From assembly GCA_964252035.1 (NCBI GenBank), contig OZ176206.1: 64,000 bases of DNA, one strand, 5' to 3'. The position numbers and the translations under genes are program-made. Under the pieces are notes generated by a model that made no database searches, had not been told where the DNA came from, and saw nothing but the letters and a program-made list of their open reading frames with translations. Position 1 is the first letter of the stretch; each line of letters opens with the position of its first letter. Source of the DNA: Podarcis erhardii. Lineage: Eukaryota. Shown one piece after another: positions 50,760-62,619 of this stretch.

Positions 50760-51715
50760 TTAGAGAGGTAGTTGTGTTGGTCTGCTTCAGCAAAACCAGC
50801 AAAGAATATTGATTTACTGTGGTATAAACTTTTTGTGGGCAAGCTCCATTTCATCATAAACGTAGTGTTATCGCTAGTTGGTAGAGACACCTATTGTCAT
50901 GAGTGCATGGAGTCTGACCCGGAGGAGGGCATCAGTGGATTGGGAGGTGGAGATCCAGATCCAGGGGAGATCCTGGTGGGCTATCTGGAGAGCAGGCCAT
51001 CCTGATTCCTGTGACATTGGATGTCCCAGGTGCAAAGTCACAAGCCATTGAGCCATTCCTGGTGCCTTCCTCTGTCAGCACAACATCTTCCCATTTGGGG
51101 GAGGCAACTGAGGATACGTTTGACAGCAAGCTGGCTCTCTTGACTCTGTTTCCATCTCCAAGAATGCAGAGGTGACTGTGCAAGTGTGAACAAACCATGT
51201 ATGCCCAACATTTCCATGCTTCCCCAGTCCCAAGGTTCAGATTCCATAACCAGCAGAATATGGTTTATACACCAGTGGTTTAAGCACCATATACGGTATA
51301 TTCTTAATTGCTCTAGCCAAATTTTCCACAGTATGGGAGTTTCAGTCTCTGTTGTGGCAGAGTCTATTATGCCAAGATTGTTATTAAACATAATTGAAGT
51401 TTCGTTATATGGAGGAGCTGAGGTTTTCTGGGAGCCATATATATTAGTTCTTAACAAGTCCAGATCAATTGACCAGTTAGCTAAGCTTTCATTAGAGGAA
51501 TATGTAGCAAAATCTCTTATTTGGGATAAGACATCTCCTTCCCCGTTACTTGCATACGTGCTATATAAAGGACCAGGGCTGTCCTTATAAGACATATTAA
51601 TTACACCTTGCTGCAATTGGTTTGTAATTACCTCTGCCTCCCTTGATCCAGTTGCTGAGTCACAATAGTCCAGCATAGATTTCAGGACTAAATTGGCAAT
51701 GGAGTTCTGGACGAT
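50760..51715 (-). pseudogene. Unassigned frameshifted coding relic resembling a secreted or viral envelope glycoprotein
   Basis: Long open frames in AT-rich intron, seven N-x-S/T sequons across stitched frames, and an RVKR furin motif at 51136-51147. No family recognised. Confidence 0.45.
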
Positions 51716-54529
51716 TTATCTGAAGCACTGAGGTTCTGTGCTCATGTAGTCACCATGTAGTCACCATGTTAAAACAGTTGCTCTCCCAGCATCTGTCCTT
51801 CAATTAAAACATATGACTTTTAAGCCCATATAAAAGTAAAACAGATGTGCTCCTAGCCTGTATGTTGCATTTAACATTAACTGCTGAGCCAACTGACTTT
51901 AAAACTTTAACATTATTAAAAATAAAACAAATTAAAAGTAGAACAGACTGCAGAATTCAAGGACAAACAGCCTTACTCATTGCCATCTTTACCTGGAAGA
52001 ACAGCACCCTATTTTGCTCATAAGATGCTATCACAAACCATATTTTAGTCCTGATTTGTAGGGCAACTAGCATGCACAACCTATAGCTTGCCAAGTGTGG
52101 ATGGTTTGACAAACTGTGATTTGTCAAGGACCCAGAATTAAGTTAATCATTTGTTGTATGCAAGGGGAGGGGAATGTAGAAGCACTTAAGTCTGCTTGTG
52201 CATGTAACGTTATACCATAGTTTGGCATTGCATATAAACCACATGTTTACTTGTTCTAAATCAATCCATTGTTAGTGCTTCACATAGTTAATCTTTTACT
52301 CTACCTCCATTGAAAAAATGAGCACGAAGCATCAAGCTTAATTAGAGAGCCGTCCATCTTTATAGCCCATATACACAAGCTATGAATATATTATTCAAGG
52401 AACAGACTTTAAAAAATATATTTAGCTAGTTACCGATTTGTAATTAGCCTCTTGATTTTAATGAGCAAGGTTGGCAATACAAAGGCAAAGTGAAGTGCAT
52501 GGAAGCACAAACAGTTCTATTCTTCACAATTACAGAAACAATAACAAAATCAACCTTGACACTTCATCCAGTACCTGAAGTTCTTTATCTCCTATAAAGA
52601 AAAAAATGAAATTATTGCATACACTTTTATTTAGAACTAATAAGTTTTCAGATGTTGAAGGAAATAATATAGCTATCGTTATTGTAAAGGTGTAGAATGG
52701 ATGTTTGTCTTTTCTGTGCAGTTGTGTTATATTATAAGGCTCTGCAAATAATTATCCAAATAATTATTCTTTCTGGTGAAAACTGATTGCTGAAGAAAAA
52801 TACTGCAAGGTAGTAAACATAGTTACAACTTGCTGTTGCGGTTTTGGTCTTGGTTGACGCCTGCCTCCTTAGCCAGCCCAATTGGATGTAAACAAGACTA
52901 GCCTAGAGGCAGCATGCAATGGCAGACAGACCCATCTGATCCTTCTCTATCCTTTCCCTGACTGTACAAAGAGCAGAGGTAGCTGGTGGGTGGCTCTTCC
53001 AAGCAGAGCAGCAGAGTAAGGGCAGAAAAATGAGGCAGAGGGAGCACTGCTGGGTGTCCTAGAAGCTGACTGAGCACCCTCCTTGGGGCAGCCAACCTCC
53101 AAGAGGGGAACACACTGCAGGTAAGTCGCATGCTGAGAGCCCAGTGGCGAGCCAAGGCCCAAGAGAAGAAACTGGTGCAGCTTTGCAGGTTTGGGGTAGA
53201 GTGCCGAGGAAGGTTAGTGTATTAGCCAGCTGAATAAAACCCTTCGTAGAATAGGGGCTATAGCTATAGCAAGCTTTCCCCGGACTAGAGATAAGAAGTG
53301 GGGTTCTGAGGACTTGTCTGTTGTAATCTCGTATTCTCCTGCTCTCTTCAACTGGTTCATCTGGAGAAGGCGGAACTCTTACTCACCCTTCTATTCATTA
53401 CCATGTGGCTCAGCTACTTTTTAGATGGAGCACTGACTGCTATTATGAGGAACTGAAACATTTGTACTTTGTAGGTAAATATGCTGTTTTCAGGTGGTTT
53501 TTAGTAATCACGGTATCTTGGACGCCTTGGGTTGCATTCATTGTCAAGCTGTCACATGTGTTCTGTCTGTTCAGGCATATCCACTTGCCAGATAGAATGA
53601 GCCACTCTCCCTTCTCCCCTGTGTGTTCTTGTAGGGGTTTTCCCCCTCCACCTGAGTCAATTGTGGGGGCAGGATGGGGGCAGGCTGGTTACGCAAGCGA
53701 AAGCTCTTGCGCAAGGCTTCATTTGATGGCTTCATTTGGTGAATTCTGCTCCTAGCGTACCAAATTTCAGCATTCTGTCTGTTGTGGAAGTACCCCCACT
53801 TAAAAAAAGAAATTCCCAGATGGGATTTCCTGTACTAAAGCTTAGTTCATCCTGACTCCTTTAGCTGTTTTAGAAGGAATACACAGGGATAGGCCCCGTT
53901 TTGACTGTCCTTATCCGTTCGGTTTTAAAAAGTTGAAGACCTAGGATTATTTTTTAAAAGGAGAATAATGTGGTATTTTGTGAGGAAAATTCAGAATTTT
54001 AAATTGGTCTATACTTTTAATTTCATTTATTCAGGTTTGCACAAATTTTATTTATGTTAACTTGTGTTACATTTGTAGATCTGGAGTTCCTTTTGTTTGT
54101 CAATTTTCTGCATTGTAGTAGTCCAGTGATTAGATACAAAGAATTGGATATGAATATGAGGCTTTATTCCAACACACTCTTGGGGTGGAGGCCTTTTCAG
54201 CTGTGGTACCCAAGATCTAGAAGGTTTGCCTGGCCCCTTCACTATTTGCTTATAGATAGACTGCTTCTTCAGCAAGCTTTTCAGTAGCTTATCCACATTA
54301 TTTTATGTTACTATAGGCTTTTTAAAAATCTTTTCAAAATATTGTTGCTGGTTTTATTTTTATTTTTTTAATCCTTTGTAAGCCACCTTGGCTGTTATAA
54401 AGGTGAAGTATAAAAACTGAACATGCATACATGAAAATGAGTAAAAGGGCATTCTTGACAATATCTTTATGGTTTAATTTCATGTTACTGCTGTAATTCT
54501 AATCAAGGTGTTATATTCTCTTCCTTTAG

Positions 54530-54619
54530 GTTCTGTATATGAACCCCTTAAAAGCATTAACCTTCCCAGGCCAGATGGAGAAAGTCTGTGGGATAAGCTG
54601 AATAGTTACTATCGGATAG
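54530..54619 (+). CDS. PHKB: PHKB coding exon 3
   Basis: ttcctttag|GTTCTGTATATG...CGGATAG|gtaagt, 90 nt. Encodes (G)[29 protein letters not shown](V). Confidence 0.97.
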
Positions 54620-55150
54620 GTAAGTCAAAGGAGAGGCAATTTGTTTTGGAAGTAATATGTTTACTTTTTGTGAACGTAACTTATTTAAACAATTAGGAAA
54701 TCACAATTTTTGTGTCTCATCCTGTGGAACCATCAGTATTGGTGAAAATTCAGATGTTCTTTAAATGGTTTGGAAACTTGAATACCTTAGGGAAGGACTA
54801 CCTCCTCCCATTTATCTCCATTCTGATCCATGTTGAAGGTCTTGCTCTGGGTTCCACCAGCTGAGGACAAGAACAGGACCTTTATGATGTCAACACTGTG
54901 AAATGTCCTCCCCCAGGGAAGTCTGCCTGGTCCCTATTTTGTTGTTGTTGTTGCTAATCTTCTGTCACAGTTAGCTGTTTAAGGAACTTCCTTTGGGGGC
55001 AAATGGACCTGTGTTTTCCTCTCTCTGCTATGTTGCTGGGCAAAATACCCTAGTTTCTTGCTGATTTCTTTCTGCTTATATATTAGCTGTGCTTTATGTA
55101 TTTCTTATTGTTTTATTGTTTTACTTTATTTCCCCCCTCTTTTACTGTCA

Positions 55151-57309
55151 GCCGCACCTAAGCGCCCTCTGCGACCCCGCAGAAACCAGGCTCCCTGGTT
55201 TACCGAGGAGCTCCGGAAAATGAAGCGGGACCTCAGACGGCTAGAGCGAGTATGGCGGGGTGCCCGTGACGGAGCCTCAAGAACATCTTATAGGGTTTTT
55301 ATGAAAACCTATGAGATGGCAGTGAAGGCCGCTAAGAAGTCCTACTTCTCGGCCTCCATTGCCTCCGCTAGCTCTCGCCCAGCGCAATTATTTAGTATAA
55401 TTAGGTCTTTAACGTCCCTTGAAGGACAGTCAAATTTAAATAACAATTTGACACACAGCTGTGAGGCATTTGCGAGCTTTTTTGCGGAGAAGGTCCTGTT
55501 GCTCCGCCATGACCTCCCTGCCAATTTGGATACAATAAAGGAACTGGAGGCCCCTCGACTGTCCTCGGGTCCAGTTTTGGACCACTTTGACCGGATATCC
55601 CCAGCTGATGTGGACAGACTCCTCCGAGCTGGAAAGCCCACCACCTGTCCTCTTGACCCGTGCCCGTCTTGGCTGATTAGAGCGTGTCCAGACGAGGTGC
55701 GCCCCCCCCCCGGGTGATATCATCAATCTGTCCCTTGGCACCGGGATATTCCCAGGGGAACTGAAGGAGGCAGTGGTGCGCCCGCTCTTAAAGAAAACAT
55801 CATTAGATCCCTTAGATCTATCCAATTACCGCCCAGTTTCGAATCTTCCATTCCTGGGTAAGGTGATTGAGAGAGCGGTTGCTGAACAGCTTGGTAGGTT
55901 TCTGGATGAAACATCGGCCCTGGATCCATTCCAGTCCGGCTTCCACGCTGGTCATGGGACTGAGACGGCTCTGGTCGCCGCAGGCAGCTGGATCGAGGCG
56001 GGTCGGGGCTGCTGATTCTTCTAGACCTGTCAGCAGCCTTCAACATGGTCGATCACGAACTCCTGGACCACCGCCTTGCCGACGTGGGGATCCAGGGCAC
56101 AGTCCTTCAATGGCTGCGCTCGTTTCTCTGGTCGGGGACAGAGGGTGGCGCTTGGGGGAGAATTGTCATCGCGCCACTCCTTGGTGTGTGGAGTGCCTCA
56201 GGGTGCGATTCTCTCCCCGATGCTTTTTAACATCTTTATGCGCCCCCTCGCCCAGCTTGTCCGGAGTTTTGGGCTGGGTTGCCATCAGTATGCCGATGAC
56301 ACCCAACTCTATCTGTTGATGGATGGCCACCCTGACTCGGCCCCAGACACACTGACCAGATGTCTGGAAGCTGTGGCTGGATGGTTACGTGGGAGCCAGT
56401 TGAAGTTAAATCCTTCGAAGACTGAGGTCCTCTGGCTGGGACGGGGCGATATGGGATTGAGGGGGCAACTCCCATCTCTTGCGGGGGTGCAATTAGTGCC
56501 AGCACCGTCCTTAAGAGTTTGGGTGTAATCTTCGATACCTCCCTCTCTATGGAGGCGCAGATTACAGCTATAACAAAGGCAGCATTTTTTCATCTCCGCC
56601 AAGCTAAGCAGTTGGCTCCTTATCTCTCTCGCCCTGACCTAGCCACTGTGATCCACGTGATGGTCACCTCCAGACTGGATTATTGTAACTCGCTCTACGT
56701 GGGGCTACCCTTGAGACTGACCCAGAAACTCCAGCGGGTGCAGAATGCCGCGGCGAGACTCCTTATGGGGTCTTCGCTGCGAGATCACATTCATCCGGTA
56801 CTATACCAGCTGCACTGGCTCCCGGTGAAGTACAGGATCAGGTTTAAGTTGCTGGTTTTAACCTTTAAAGCCCTATACGACCTAGGACCCTTGTACCTAC
56901 GGGACCGCCTCTCCTGGTATGTACCACAGAGGAACTTACGGTCTGCAAATAAAAACATCTTGAAGATCCCAGGCCACAGAGAGGTTAGGCTGGCCTCAAC
57001 TAGAGCCAGGGCTTCTTCGGCCGCGGCTCCAATCTGGTGGAACGCTCTGTCACAAGAGACCAGGGCCCTGCGGGACTTGACATCTTTCCGCAGGGCCTGC
57101 AAAACAGAGCTGTTCCACCAGGCCTTTGGTCAGGGCGCAGCCTGACCCCCCTCCTCTGGCAATCTGTATAGAATTTTGCTTATTGGTTGCCATAAATTTG
57201 ATTTTAATTAATTTTTATAATGAAAAGTTTTTAGAATCGTTGGATTATTTTGATTGTTGTTAGCCGCCCTGAGCCCAGCTTCGGCTGGGGAGGGCGGGAT
57301 ATAAATAAA

Positions 57310-57349
<40 letters not shown>

Positions 57350-57350
57350 T
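55151..57350 (+). mobile_element. 5'-truncated L2-clade LINE (ORF2 RT, four frame lesions) with (ATT)n tail
   Basis: [58 protein letters not shown] and the L2-type C-terminus LHWLPV..RI.FK.L.LTFKAL. 3' UTR hairpin tail gccgccctgag...gggcgggatataaat followed by (ATT)n. Confidence 0.92.
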
Positions 57351-57498
57351 GCCTTTATTTTTTGAAAAGTAAAAGAAGTAATTTGAATACATAGTTCTAT
57401 GTTCTTGTAATATCACTGGGATCATGAAAAGTACAGGTGTTTACATTGTAGCAATGCTCACCTGTTTTCGCATATTCAATCAAAAGTACCATGTAGAT

Positions 57499-58068
57499 CA
57501 GGGGTCGTCAAATTTTTTTAGCTGCAGGCTGGTCCACTGTCCCTCAGACCTTGTGGCGGGCTGGAGAAGCGGCAACGGGGGGGGGGGTTAGAGCTGGAAG
57601 AAGAGGCGGGGGGGCAAGTAGCCCTCCTCCCCAACCCCAGCCGCTGTGCTTACCTTACCTGGGGCTGCCGCTGCCACTGCCACCACCGCTGCTTCTCATG
57701 GGTAGGCAGAGAGAACTTGTCCGCTCTACTCTCTGGCCCACAGGAGCACCAGGGGGGCGGCGGTGGAGGGAAGATGAGCGGCGCGAAAGGACTGGCTCCA
57801 GAGAGGGGATGCTTAAAATGGTGCTCAGCCCAGCTCCCTTCCTCCTCTAGGCAGAGCAGGGAGAAGCCAGGAGGAGGAGGGAGGAGGCGCCACCGCGGTG
57901 TGTGTGTGTGAGAGAGAGAGGGAGGGGGGGAATGGAATGGCGCAGGGGGGGAAATGGTGCAGCCCGAATGAACAGAATCCCCATGCCGATCCACGGACAG
58001 CCCGCAGGCCGGATCCTGAAGGCAGTTGGGCCTGATCCAGCCCGTGGACCTTAGTTTGCTGACCCCTA
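57499..58068. mobile_element. hAT (Charlie-like) non-autonomous element
   Basis: CAGGGGTC...GACCCCT(A) termini; 8-bp TSD ATGTAGAT/ATGTAGAC. Confidence 0.82.
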
Positions 58069-60282
58069 ATGTAGACTAAGATTATATTTGTTCAGGACTG
58101 AACATTGCTTATATTCAGGGACATTCAGTTGTTCTGCCACGTTAAATCTATTAAGGCAAATAAGCAACCAACAGTGAGCCATACGGCCTGCTCAAATGTG
58201 CTGTGTTTTCAAGCAGTGAATGCCTACCCATTTGTTTGAATCCTGCCAGAGTAGGATTCCACTAGAGCAGCGAGCTTAATTATTCAGTGGCAAAAAATAA
58301 GCAATGACAGTGCAACCTCAAAAAGTCAAGCAGATGCACTTGTACAGTGTGTACAACGCTACCTTCAAATAGAGGTTCTCACACAGACCATCCAGTTTAA
58401 ATTCTAAAACTTGGCAATGGCTAACTTTGCTGCTCCTTGCTATCCTTTTCATAATTATTCAAAAGTATTCATAATTATAAAAGCAGTCGTTTCATAATTA
58501 TTCAAAATTGACAGCCTACTCTAGAAGGAAGTGCCTTCGCTTGAGTGACCCAGCTGGCAAAGTTCAAATGTAAAGAATTTGTATCTTAAAGTTCAAAATA
58601 TTTCATTCATTTTTTATTATGGCAGGTCAGATAAAGAGAGAAGGGCAGGGGGAATTCTGAGCAGACAGGTCTGCTGACTTATTGTGCTTGGTAGCTGTTG
58701 TGGCCAGATTATGGTGTCCATTACAGTGATGGACAGCTTCAATTGGTTGCACCAATTTCTCTCCCTCCCTTGGCAAGCCAGGATGACTGAGGTGTGCCTG
58801 CCACCTTTTTTTTGCTACCAGTCTTGGCTCCTTTGACATGTGGCATTGTGAAATTGTGACAATACCCACTTGGATATTGTTGTGATAAGGCAATGAAACA
58901 CGAGTGCTGCTAGGGAAATAACACCAAGGACTGTGGGGCTTTTTTGCCTCTTTCTTCTCAGCTCAGTGGATTGCATCCCACCCCAAGTTATTCCCAATGG
59001 TGATATGGGACATGGTGTTGTGGCAGGAGGGGCTACAGGCAGAGGAGAAAATCAGAAGAAATTGGGCATCTGTTTCTCCAATTCAGATAGCACAAGAAGG
59101 TCTTTGGAGCCCAGTTGTAATGATGAAGTTGATATTATTTGAGAAATAGCATATTCAAACAAACACATTTTTCCTTCTCTGAGCAAGATTCCAGTTCATT
59201 TTACAATCTATAATACATTAAACAAATCCATCATTGTTTTTCATCTGTCTCCCAATATAGAAGTTATAAAATGACCTTCTAAAGTAGTAATGGGCTGTTC
59301 TTGGAACCTCTAGCCTAGTTAAAATAAACTTTAAAATACTATCGGTAGAACTTTCTTGAGAATAATTAAAATTTATGGTTTTCATTGCTTGTAGGCATTT
59401 TATATAAATGCTGAATAAAAGTTTACTTGTAAAGAGAGAAGGGACTGAAGACTATCCACAGAGTAAAAAAGATTTTTGTTTTAATTTCCCCCCAGAAGCC
59501 ATAATTGAACCATAAATAGCTTTCACATGGAAGGGCATTTCTTCAGTATTCTGTTCTGAGGTACCAATAATGCTCTTAATGTGATTGTTCAATAACTAAA
59601 TTCTCTATAAATCATAAAAAGTGGAAGAATCTAAACTAAAGGTGTTATAAAGAAGACAGTAAGATTACATTACATTAGAAACACAAACTGGAGAAAACAG
59701 ACATAGACATGGCCAACTCTGCACATGATGCATTGTAAAATATATATATTTGCTACTGGGCAGTATGAGCAAGTGTTAAGGAGGATTTCGCCTCTTATTA
59801 GGTGTTGAGGTATGCTAAAATATGTGGTATAATGGCAGTTTGTTTCCATGCAGAGTTCCAAAGGAACTGGGAGTTGTATCTTTGTTCAGGGACTGAAAAT
59901 TCTGTGATAGCATTCTCTAGGCATCTCATAGAACTAGTGTCCTCAGGGTTCCTTGAGGGGATGCTATCACAGTTAAACTGCTTTTTGTAGTGTAGACAAA
60001 GCCTAGGAACAGCAGTCAACAGATGTTGCCAAGAACAGATCCAGAGCAAAAGGCACAAAGGATAAACAATAGAGAAACATGGGGAAATGGTGAAAACTGA
60101 CATGCAGTTTTGTATGTGCATCTTTTTCCTTGCAACATCATTAACTTATTTATTTTTCCCCACTTTTCCTTTTCCATGTTATCTGGTTTTTGCAGGTCGT
60201 ATTCCTTTGTTTTAAAATACTGTACTTTCTGAAACTGGAATAAATTTGAAGTAATAGTAATAATTGTTGTTTATCTTGGCAG

Positions 60283-60421
60283 TCAAGTCAACAGTGTTAC
60301 TTTTCCAAAGTCCAACCACTGGCCTCTTTCCTACAAAAACACTGGGCGACAACCAAAGGGCAAAAGTACATGACAGTCTTTACTGCGCTGCCTGCGCCTG
60401 GGCCCTGGCACTTGCATACAG
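60283..60421 (+). CDS. PHKB: PHKB coding exon 4
   Basis: cttggcag|TCAAGTCAAC...GCATACAG|gtaaaa, 139 nt. Encodes (V)[45 protein letters not shown](R). Confidence 0.97.
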
Positions 60422-61388
60422 GTAAAAATGGATGAGTTCTTGTTTGTGTGGTCCAATGCACTTAAGTTACTAGTCCACTAAAATGTTTAGTGACCAGCCT
60501 TCCTTCCTTCTTATGCTAAAAAGGCATTTGTGGCAATGGAGTGGAGTGGGGGGGGGCAGCCACCACAAAGTTTTGTAAAATTTATATGCACTATGTCTCA
60601 GGTTGTTGTATTATAATCATTGTCTTTTGCCCGGCAAATCTTAGCAACCCAGAATCTCCACACTAGATTTTAGCATCACTTTTATCCATGGAAAATCATT
60701 AAGGTCAACTACCTTGGCTTCTGTAAGCAGTAGCAGTCATTCTTACATAGCTGATTGTTGGCTTGGCAATCTGCATCTTGCATCTAAAAATTCATGTTGC
60801 CTTTCCTCATTTTCAGTTTCTTGAGTCATTCTTGAGACCATTTCAGTAAGCACCAAGTAGCTAAACTATGCAGACTCACAGCAGTATACATCCAGTAATA
60901 AAACATTCAAAAGTAATATTTGAAAATACCCAAATAACTCAAAACACCCATTAAACTCTTTTACAACTGAATAAAGCAGTTAATTTATGTAATTAATGTA
61001 CATCATTATTATACATTGAAATTATTTGATCAGCAGAGTTCCATGCCAGTCATCAAAAACTGACCCCAATTTCTTCCCCATCCTTAATTATAGAGGCTGT
61101 TTCAGCAAATAGAGCTGCCTTGTCTGTCAAATATTGGCACTCTCTATGTAACAATAATATTAATTTTAAAAACACTCCAATAGTTCATTTTCTTAAAAGG
61201 AAAATAAAGCTTTTGATTTTCTAATCATAGTCTTGCAGCGCTACAGAATTGCTTCAATTTCAATCCTTTCTGTGTGTCTTGTGTGTGGGGATACTTTCCT
61301 ATAGGAAAACCTAAGCATCTGGGTAGGGGAAAACTAGTGCAAATAGCTTGTGTGAACTAGTGGTACATATATGTGTGTCCTGGTCTTA

Positions 61389-61762
61389 AAAAAGGTAAAG
61401 GTAAAGGTACCCCTGCCCGTACAGGCCAGTCTTGACAGACTCTAGGGTTGTGCCCTCATCTCACTCTAGAGGCCAGGAGCCAGCGCTGTCCGGAGACACT
61501 TCTGGGTCATGTGGCCAGCGTGACGAAGCTGCTCTGGCGAGCCGGCACCAGAGCAGCACACGGAAACACCGTTTACCTTCCCGCTAGTAAGCGGTCCCTA
61601 TTTATCTACTTGCACCCGGGGGTGCTTTCGAACTGCTAGGTTGGCAAGCGCTGGGACCGAGCAACGGGAGCACACCCCGCCGCGGGGATTCGAACCGCTG
61701 ACCATGCGATCGGCAAGTCCTAGGCGCTGAGGTTTTACCCACAGCGCCACCCGCGTCCCTGA
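61389..61762 (-). mobile_element. Sauria SINE (Squam1-type)
   Basis: Reverse complement of the same family with (TAAAGG)n on the plus strand. 10-bp TSD CCTGGTCTTA (61379-61388 and 61763-61772). Confidence 0.92.
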
Positions 61763-62583
61763 CCTGGTCTTACACCCGGTCAAACTATTTGCCCAGGTTT
61801 GCCTGCTCTGTTTGGCAGTTGCTTGCCAGAGTCTTAAGCAGAGATATTTTGCGCGCTTTTCTGCTAGATCCTTCTCGCTTGAGATCCTGAGGGTTGCATT
61901 TTGGACCTTCTGCATGCAGTGCATGTGCTCTACCGCTGAGCTTTGGTCCCTCCCACACTTGGCAGATATACCTATTACATTGGGAGCGTTAGTAGAATAG
62001 GTAGGCATTAATGTCTGCAGACTAATCTGACTTGATCATCCTCTGGCTTTCTACTACAAGTGCCACTGCATGTCCTCTGCCTCTTCATTAGAACGATTCA
62101 GCTTCCAGAAGTCTTCACCCCATTCCTTCCATGTAGTTTTTAGTTAGGCTTCCTGACTAACTAAAATTTAGGCTTCCATTCCTTCCATGTAGGCTTCCTG
62201 ACTATTTCCTCCACGTGAAAATGTGGCAAAAGGGGCTGCCTTTACCACAATCAAGAGATGGGAAATGTGCTCCCTCTTTCCCCAGCCTTACACATAGGAG
62301 ATACATTGGCATCAGTGTTAAATTTGGTTAAGCAGGTTCCACACCTAAGCAGAATTCTTAACCAGTGTTTTGGTCCAGTTGTATTCAGCAGTACTTTCCT
62401 TTGAGTGGATTTGGTTAGGATTGTGTCGTATGAGTGTTTAAAAGGTTTAAATTGGTTTTTTGTTTGTTGTATAACTAATGTATCATGTATACTACTTTGT
62501 GAGGATATGTTCGTGAGAATCAAAATATAATTTATGAAATAAATAAATAGAACATTTCCCCCAGGTACCCTAGACTAGAGGGC

Positions 62584-62619
62584 TTTGTTTGTTTGTTTGT
62601 TTGTTTGTTTGTTTGTTTT
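62584..62619 (+). repeat. (TTTG)n microsatellite
   Basis: Directly visible. Confidence 0.9.

Noticed and set aside
50932-51000. Minus-strand peptide MACSPDS, resembling the mammalian PHKB alternative N-terminus MACSPDA
   Set aside because: Wrong strand for PHKB, lies in an LTR-like insert, and has no suitable donor. The true counterpart is 38106-38160.
51480-51560. Spacing similarity of NGEG...LANWSI to adenovirus hexon, and of CW-x12-C...RVKR (near 51140-51210) to flavivirus prM
   Set aside because: Only a few residues match by eye and the flanking segments do not extend the alignment, so neither supports a family assignment.
59115-59186. C/D-box snoRNA-like pattern (ATGATGA...CTGA with a 4-bp terminal stem, 72 nt)
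   Set aside because: I recognise no rRNA or snRNA antisense guide, it is ~1.1 kb from the acceptor, and such short motifs are common in AT-rich DNA. An Infernal/snoscan hit would be needed.
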